Source: Phyllobates terribilis
Lineage: Eukaryota
Direction: 5' to 3'
NCBI RefSeq assembly: GCF_046119375.1
Contig: NW_027362768.1
Coordinates: 327,980,001-328,044,000 of the forward strand
Length of the DNA stretch: 64,000 bases
Part shown: positions 49,701-58,953 of the stretch, one piece after another
Numbering within the stretch: the stretch's first letter is position 1
Layout of the letters: each line of letters starts with the position of its first letter
Notes under the pieces: model-generated
What the model was told of the DNA's origin: nothing
Seen by the model: only the letters and a program-made list of their open reading frames with translations
Databases searched by the model: none
Made by a program: the position numbers and the translations under genes

Positions 49701-52700
49701 TCCTGTATATTATGGAGCAGCAGGAAAAGATGGAAGGAAGCAGCAGTAGTGGTAAATTCTAAAGCCTTCCCTTCTGTGTGATTTGCCTGCTGCTGGTTTT
49801 GCACTGTATGCAGTAACAGACTCAAATTAACCATTTACAAGCAGCTATGTCCTCCTTTTAGCAATTTACTCCTTTAGACACAGCCATGTTCATCTATAGC
49901 AGATTAACCATTTATAAACAGCTATGTTCCCCTCTAGCAGATTTACTCTTTAAAAATACCAGTGTTTCTCTCCAGCAGATTAATCCGGTAAAAACAGCTA
50001 TGTTCCTCTCTCTCCAGCATATAAACCCTTTAGAAACGGCTATGTTCCACTCCAACATATAAACCCTTTAAAACCAGCTATGTTCCTCTCCCGCGTATAA
50101 ACCTTGTAGAAACAGCTATGTTCTCCAGTATATAAACCCTTTAGGAACAGCTATGTTCTTCTCCAGCATATAATACCTTTAGAAACAACTATGTTCTTCT
50201 CGAGTGTATAAATCCTTTAGAAACAGCTATGTTCTTCTCCAGCATATAAACCCTTTAGAAACAGCTATGTTCTTCTCCAGCATATAAACCCTTTAGAAAC
50301 AGCTATGTTCTTCTCCAGCATATGAACCCTTTAGAAACAGCTATGTTCTTCTCCAGCGTATAAATCCTTTAGAAATAGCTATGTTCTTCTCCAGCGTATA
50401 AATCCTTTAGAAACAGCTATGTTCTTCTCTAGCATATAAACCCTTTAGAAACAGCTATGTTCTTCTCCAGCATATAAACCCTTTAGAAACCGCTACTTTC
50501 TCCTCCAGCAGATTAAACGTTTAGAAGCCGTTATGTTCTCATTCTGTAGAATACGCAGGGAATTTTATTGCATTGCTTATACATAACAATATTCTGCATG
50601 AACTAAAGTTCAGGCTCCTGGCAGAAGGTGGGGTAAAACATTTTTTGTTTTACAGATTCACTGGCTATTAGGATACATTGGTAAAATAATTTGCCTTGTT
50701 AAGGCTAATTTATGCGAAAAATAGGTGAATTGATTCTCCCATTTTAATAAATGGAACCCATCTGGGCTCTATTGTGTCCGTTTTTAGAAAGGAAGAAAAA
50801 GCAGCATGTAGAACCCCCCCTTCTCCCCCTATTTAAGTACCTGACATATAATGGAACCCAGCGAGACCCCATAATCCAAAGGGGTCTCTCGTTTGCAACA
50901 GTGATAAAATGGAACAGTTGTTGACATTAACTTGTTTGTTACTGAAAATGGAACAGACAATTGTGAACGTCAACTTATCGACCTCAGCGGATTGTCCAAC
51001 TTTTAGACCCTGCTTGATGCATCTAGTGGTCTCGGCTCAGCGTACGTCAGAAGAGGAATATAATTGTACATGAAATGAAAATGTAAAAAAAAAGCTATTC
51101 ATCGCGCACAAGGCCGAACTTAGAAGATCTCTGTGCGGCAGTGTAGGAGGTAATCACTTACAGGAAAACTTATCAGAAAAGAAATGTCAATAATTAAAAA
51201 GAATAAATGTTGGTGTTCGGATCTGAACCTCCTCTTGTTCTCTGGCGAGGAAATGAAACTTCCTGAGAGCCATGCATGTGACCTGTGTCTGATGGCAAGA
51301 CAATTTATCTATCCGTCATTAATAAAGCGCTCTCAGATCTTCCGGCATCGTCCGGACACATGGCGCTAAATACATTAAGCGATAAGATGTGGAATTAATT
51401 GCCTTATATTCCGACTTTTACTTACTGACACTTTTGTGGAGTCTGCAAATCTCCTACAGCTGACAGCCGAGCAAATCTAATTTCACAGCAGCTCCAGCCG
51501 GGAACATTCACTGTAATTATAGAACGGCCTCATCATCTTTTGGCTCCGATTACTGCCCCGATTACATCCACTGTTCATCCGGATTCATTTCCCGCATTTG
51601 GTGTATCATGCGGCTGATTTGTCTCCAGTTGCCTCATTTACTCCGAATCGCAGCAGTTTTGCAATGCAGATTCCGGCTGCACGGCACGGACAGGAAAAGA
51701 ACATGCTGTATTAAAGCCATCCGAGCAAAAACAATCATCGCGCAGAAATGTGGCAATTTGCAGCACAACGATGTGCACTTTCCCAGCCGCACTATGGGAC
51801 ATGGTACTCTTAAAGAGATATTCACTAAAATACGTAATGAAAAATCCCTAAAAACTTAAAGGCGCTTTGTACAACTCAAACAAATTGATTGGTGGGGGTC
51901 CAACCACTTGGACCTGCAATTTGACACACACAGGAAGTTTCATTCCTATTACAAGATGGGATGCCCCACCACCGCTCCATTTATTCTCTATGGGTCTGTT
52001 TCATTAAGCCCAATAAGGAAAGAATGGAATAGCGTTTGAGGTTCCCCCGCCGCTCCCTTCGAAGAGCCCCCGCCGCGCCCTTCGAAGAGCCCCCGCCGCT
52101 CCCTTCGAAGAGCCCCCGCCGCTCCCTTCGAAGAGCCCCCGCCGCTCCCTTCGAAGAGCCCCCGCCGCTCCCTTCGAAGAGCCCCCGCCGCTCCCTTCGA
52201 AGAGCCCCCGCCGCTCCCTTCGAAGAGCCCCCGCCGCTCCCTTCGAAGAGCCCCCGCCGCTCCCTTCGAAGAGCCCCCGCCGCTCCCTTCGAAGAGCCCC
52301 CGCCGCTCCCTTCGAAGAGCCCCCGCCGCTCCCTTCGAAGAGCCCCCGCCGCTCCCTTCGAAGAGCCCCCGCCGCTCCCTTCGAAGAGCCCCCGCCGCTC
52401 CCTTCGAAGAGCCCCCGCCGCTCCCTTCGAAGAGCCCCCGCCGCTCCCTTCGAAGAGCCCCCGCCGCTCCCTTCGAAGAGCCCCCGCCGCTCCCTTCGAA
52501 GAGCCCCCGCCGCTCCCTTCGAAGAGCCCCCGCCGCTCCCTTCGAAGAGCCCCCGCCGCTCCCTTCGAAGAGCCCCCGCCGCTCCCTTCGAAGAGCCCCC
52601 GCCGCTCCCTTCTAACTGGGAAAAAAGTTTCCCCTTCAGCCAATCGGTGCGCGTCCCAGTGGTACAATCCTCACCAAGCAACAAGTTGTCTTCTATCCAT

Positions 52701-55700
52701 CAGATAGGTGATAACTTTTCACCAGACAATCACTTTAACTTAGGACTTTTTTTCCCCTCTTATCTGGTGAAATTCTGATCTGTAAAATGCACCCAACTTG
52801 CTATTAAAGGGGTAATCTGGCTCTCGGAAGAAAAGAAATGAGGATGTAGAAATTCAACATGTCCACTGCTTCATTCCCCCGAGATCTGCAGTTAGGGGAA
52901 GGGTTGGGCGAGCGCCATACACATAAGATAGTCATCCGGTCTTACCGAAATCTGCATGAATGTTTATTTGCCCTCCTTGCTATAGGAGTCTATATAAATT
53001 GACGCTTCATGCAAAGTTTAATATTTTCTTGTTTAACATCAGGCTTTAAACATGGAGGTTGCATGAACCGTCCATGTTCATCAGGCCAGAAAGACAATTT
53101 TGAGTGTTTAGTTTGTATAGTAAAGTGGTGATGGAAGCCTAAAATGCCTGACTTCTGTTTCAGTGTCTGTCCTGGAGTCCATCCTGTCGTGCGAAGCCTG
53201 TAAATCGGGCATGCCTTCCGTATCCCAGCTCCTTCAGATGCCGTGAGTCTTCTCATCGTTTATGTCATCAGATGATGGGGTTTGTAGTCGTGTGGCACTA
53301 CACTACTGATAAATATTCATGGGCTTTGTGTGTAGGTTACATCAGTACCAGAGAAGCTTAATGAGAAATTACAGCTAAAATATGTCTTTGTACAGTGCTA
53401 GCGACTAGATAGAAAGAAGAATATTGGAAAGTTAGGAAAAAGTTATGAAACTGTCAATATTGCCACCTGCAGGTTGGTCAGCAGTATTGCAGATGTTGTT
53501 AGCAGTTCATAAGGGCCAAAGATGTAGAAAATACCCAAAATTTCAAAAGTTTACTTTGGATGTCTTTTTTTATTTATTTTTTTTCCTCCCCCATTTAGGT
53601 TATTTAGTGATGTGGCGCTGATGAATACAGAAAAACCTCAGTTTAAGGTAAATTGTGTGGTTGCATTTCACTGACTGCAGTCGCTGTTTAGCTTGCATAG
53701 TACCAGGTGGGTGGTCATTCATTATATATATTTCCAGTGTCTACAGAATTGTGGTGCGACGACCAAACACACATATATATATGGTGTGTGCACACAGGAA
53801 AGGAAAGAGTAAGTGAGATCAGACCAGATTGGGAAACTTTTACTATATATGAGTATAGCGGAGCTCAGAAGCAGGATGGAGAGTGATTCAACTCTGTTAC
53901 TACCATTACACAGTCCATAAATAACGCCTGCAGCCCTCATCCGCCACAATAAGGGAAAGCTGCCTGATGCACAAAGCAATATGTACGGGAACGGTCCACA
54001 CTTTCATGCTCTCTAACTTGCCATCACTATAGGTGCCAGAACCTCCTTTTCCTCACTTCCTAGTATGCATTGCTCCTGTCATTGCCCAATGGCTTGTTAG
54101 TCCTGAACTGAATATTCATCTGTTATTTCTGTAAGCAGTTTCATAGCAGTAGAAGTAGAGACAAAGACCCCCCCCCCCTTCCTGTGGGGTGACAGACCTG
54201 CCTCCCCCGCTTCCTTCCGCGGGGAGCAGCATCAATTCTCCACTGCTTCCTGTAATCCGGCCCGGCTTCTCTGCTGCTAGAGACCGATTACACCTAACAG
54301 CAGGCAGTGGGCAGCGAGTTAGACAGAAGGGAGACACCGAGCAGCCGGCACTGTAATGGGATTTTTCAGGGGTAACACACTGATTTTCAGATTGTCTATC
54401 ACATTATCTATTAAATGAGATCAAGTGTAAGAGACTTGTTTATGGTCGGGTCTTTCTCTTGGTCTTTGGGCCCTTTCTGTTATCTCGTTACAAAAACTAA
54501 ACAATGAATTTAATTCTGTATCAAAAAATAATATGCAATCCATAACAGAAGTATAAATACAGCCATATTCTGGAGGAAGGTTACTACACAGATGGATACA
54601 ATAGCTATTAATGGGAACTATGGAAGGTACATAGCCTCAATAGCAGATTGAGCTGCAGTCGTGTCTTCGATTAACGCTTGTAAACGTGGCGGAAATCCGC
54701 AGATCTAACATGTGCTACACGATGGGGACACAATATGCTGACGTCCGTGTCCTAACAGCAGAGGACATTGCTAGAAGAGCTATAGCATGGCGTGATGAGA
54801 ATTACACCCACAAGTAGATCTCGGAGGGGTATTGTCTTGTCTTGTAGACCACACAATGCCCCATAGGTAAAAAAAAGTATGCAAATGACCCCGCCCTCCA
54901 GAAGATGGCTGCCTCTCTAGTGCCACCTATTGGCCATAGCTACCCTATAAGTCCATGTCTGAAGAATGCAGGCAGAGTTATGGAAGCGCGCTGTGGGTTC
55001 TCTTTGTAAACATCAATTTTGGGATTGTGTTGTGGTGACCAAAAAATCATAGATGCGGGGTAATCTGTATGATAGATTTACTAATTTTCATACTGGACTA
55101 TGAAATCTCTTTTGCTCCAGATGTGCATGATCACCTTCTATACTACTCGTAGCAAAACTGGAGTGGGGGGGATTCATTTCATTTGGGCCCCAATACTGGA
55201 GTGGTGGATGGGGGGATTCATTTAGTGAGGTGGGGATTCATTTAGTTGGGCCCCAATACTGGAGTGGGGGAAATTTACTTAGTTGGGTTCCAATGCTAGA
55301 GAGGGGGGGATTCATGTAGTTGATCCCCAATACCACAGTGGTAGAGAGATTAATTTAGTTGGTCTCCAACACTGGCGTGGGGGGGGATTCAATTTGTTGA
55401 CACTGAATAAGAGGAAAGGACGGGACATATCAACTAGAGAAACCATTGAAAAACTTGCGCATGGGATAAGGCGAAGAGCTGTCCAACCATTCCGAATCCA
55501 GATCTAATTTGATTTTTTTTTTTTAAATTTTCCAGATTCCTACAAAGTTAAAAGAAGCTCTGAAAACAGCCAAAGAATGTATGGAGAAGAGGCTCGCAGA
55601 GGAGCAGAAACTGGTAATGTCCCCGGCATTATTAAATCGTGCCGAGATGACATTAAAGGGGCTCTCTGGTTAAAACAAATTATCACCTATTCGCAGGAGA

Positions 55701-58700
55701 ACTTGCTGATTGGTGGAGGTCCGACCGCTGGGATCCGCACCAATCAGGAGAACGGGGAACTTATATCCTTATTACAAGATGGTGGGCAGACTGGGTGCCC
55801 GACCACTACTCGATTCATTCTCTATGGTGCTGCCGGAAAAAGTCGACAGAGGGAATGAATGGCGTGCTGGTTGAACGTGTGCGCTAATGGGGATAAAAGT
55901 GTCCCTTTCAGCTGATCAGTGCATGTCCCAGCAGTCGGCCCTCCACCGATCAACAAGTGAGGGGTCCGACTGCTGGGATTTGTTTTACTCATCTCGTATA
56001 AAACTAAAAACAATATTATTAAAAATCAGGGGTACTAGTAAAGTATGAAAAGGTTTACACTAGAAATTGTGACTTTATTCTGATAAGGTGATAAAATAAA
56101 GCAATGAAGTTCCTGTTCAACTTACGGTATCAGGGGAAGCCCCCCTATATGGAAGAGTAATATATTCATGTAATATTATTGGTAATTTCATGTAACAGTA
56201 GGGGGCGATGTAGACTACAAGTTTCTTTTATATTAAAGTGTAAGAATCTCTAAAGAGAAGTTTCTTATGTATGTGACGTAATAGTAATAGACCTGTCCGT
56301 ATTCACACTGGCACTAACCCTGCCCCGCACTTATTATCGTGTAGATCTACCAGCACAGACGGCTGACACGAGCACAGTCACATCACGGGTCAGAGGAGGA
56401 GAAGAAAAAGAGGAAAATTCTGGCACGAAAGGTAAACTAGAAATATGTGCTGACGTCTGTATACCAATTACACTTGTGCGTCACTATTGTGTGTATATAA
56501 ATCCTCCGAAATCGGCGTCCGTGCAAATCTCACTGGTCTATTTAGCTCCTAGAGCCTTGTCTACACTGGGTACGATTGTATCCACTTTTCAACCTTAGGA
56601 TTTGCTGCCTCTAAATGAAAACCAGAATGTCCATATTCACTGACAGCAAGCAAATATCTTGGTGTTGAGAAATGAGACACAGTCTATTGGAAATCTTCAA
56701 GGCTTTTTATCCGGTTAAGCTTTATTCTATAAAACCATCAACCCCTGATTATTGCAAATTTTCCATCTTAATTAAGTTTTCATCCCATATCCCTTATTCT
56801 TACATTCCCTAGAAGTCAAAGCGCACAAACTGCGAATCTGGAGAGGAGCAGTCAGCAAAATGCAACAACTCCAATAATTCAGGTAATAACTTTTAGTTAT
56901 ATATATATTACTTTTTTAGTATATAGATGTTTTATCCACTTAAAAAAAAATGCTCTTTTAGATGTGTTTAAAAAAAAAAATGCAATCTACATAAATATAT
57001 GCCGATATTAATGTATTTTGCAATCCAGGGTCCTGCAGCTCCGCTTTGTCTCTGTACATAGGCGAGTATTTCCTGTGTTAGCCAGTGACCGGTGCTGTGT
57101 GTGTAGGCTAATCCAGCCCCCTCTCAGTATATACATAGACGGAGAAGGGGGCTGGCTTGGCTATTGAAATGAGATTATATCCAGCCGAACGCCACTGATC
57201 CGTATAGTGTCACAGTCACTTCGATATGGAACTGTGTTGTTACGGCTCCGCACACTGTTTTCTAGCACCTCCAACTCTCATCATACCTCTTAGTTATAGT
57301 TGCACAGGGACTACAGCTTTCAGATCTTGATGTGCGATCTTTTTCTTCCTTTTACAATCTCCCATCTATTAAATATCTCCTTCATTTCTGGTTCTCAGGC
57401 TCTGGAACAAGTTCTCCTTTGACATCTCCCTCATCTCCGACACCACCTTCAACAGCAGGTCGGTATCGATGGTTCTTCATGCCTGTTTGGATCGAGGTTA
57501 TGTGTAACCCCAGTATCAATAACTTTAAGTTGGACTATACACATCAGCCCACTTGGCTCTCTCCAGCCCCCATACACATGCATGCTCTGTTTGGTCGAGC
57601 GTGCATGTATTCCCATTGGGAAGTTGCTTGCCAGGCACCTCTCATATCTCCTGTGCTATGGGTTGTGAAATTCAACATTCTCGATCCTTATCCCCCCCCC
57701 CCCCCAAATATCATGGGAGACCCTTACTCACCCGGTCAGACATTTCAGATGAAATGGGACGGGGTTTTGCGCAACATTAGTCAATTTTGGCTGTTGACGT
57801 CTGAAGAGTGACGAGCCCGATGCTGTAAGCCTTGGCTCCTTATGGGTTTTTAGGTCACTTCCTCTCTTGTGTATTTGCTCGTAAAATAGCATTACTTGTT
57901 ACTAACCCAATTTCCTTTTCAAGAACAGCTCCAAGGTAAGTTGTGGTACGATGTGCGCTCCGCCCAGAGCTGCCTCCGCCGCACGCTTCTCTCCGCACTG
58001 GCTGCTCTCATGCACGCTTTGTGGTCACACATCGCACCTCCTGATCACTCACGTCATCGCCTTTACCTGAAATATCCTGCGCTGAGATATTTCCACCCTT
58101 TTTCACGTGAACGGATTGTAGTGTAATGGATTAAAGGGACGTTGCTGTTACTGGTTTGGCTTTTAATTAAAACATTCACTTTGATTTGTTCTCTAGGATG
58201 CGCTGAGATACAGAATTTATAATATTTCTACCTTTTAATTAATAAAAAAAAAAGGAAATGTAAATCAGTTTCTGCTTCCCATTTCCAGTCTCTCCATGGT
58301 GGTGGGGGGGGGGGGGGGTGGCGGATACCTCACTGTTCTCTTTGGCGGGTGGAATAGTTATATTAGCATTCATTTTATTTTGTCCATCACCGCACCCATC
58401 TACGGTCCATCAGACTCTGGACTTGTTTTAGGTTTCCTGATCTCCTTTCCTTACAGTTCAGCCTTCTCTTCAGATACCATCTTGAATTTGAGATATCATC
58501 TGCTTTACTCCCCTCTATGCTCTGCTATCAATCCCCTGATGCACGAGTACAGCATTTATGCCAGCTGGGAAGACAGGGTCATTATTTTTTTTCCCAAAAA
58601 AAAAAAAAAAAAAAAAAAAGCTGTAAAGGCATGGAGGTTAAACTGTAATTTCTTTCATTATAATTGTGTGGCAGGAGCTGTCTAATCATCATCAGTAACT

Positions 58701-58882
58701 GTGATGAGTGTTTCTGCAAAAACTGGAGGAGCGCTACTTTAGCCAGATAAAGATTACCTTGGGACAAAATGTAGGGAAAAACATAAAGGGGACACATCAT
58801 TACATGTTCCAGCACTCCTTTATTTATCGGATTATTCTCAAAGGTCAAAATCATCATTTTATAAGATGTGCAGTTTCAACGA

Positions 58883-58953
<71 letters not shown>

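Noticed and set aside
36356-52707. Repetitive ORFs at 36.4, 37.6, 43.8 and 52.0 kb (200-357 aa)
   Set aside because: Stop-free VNTR units inside PXK introns, open on both strands and in multiple frames.
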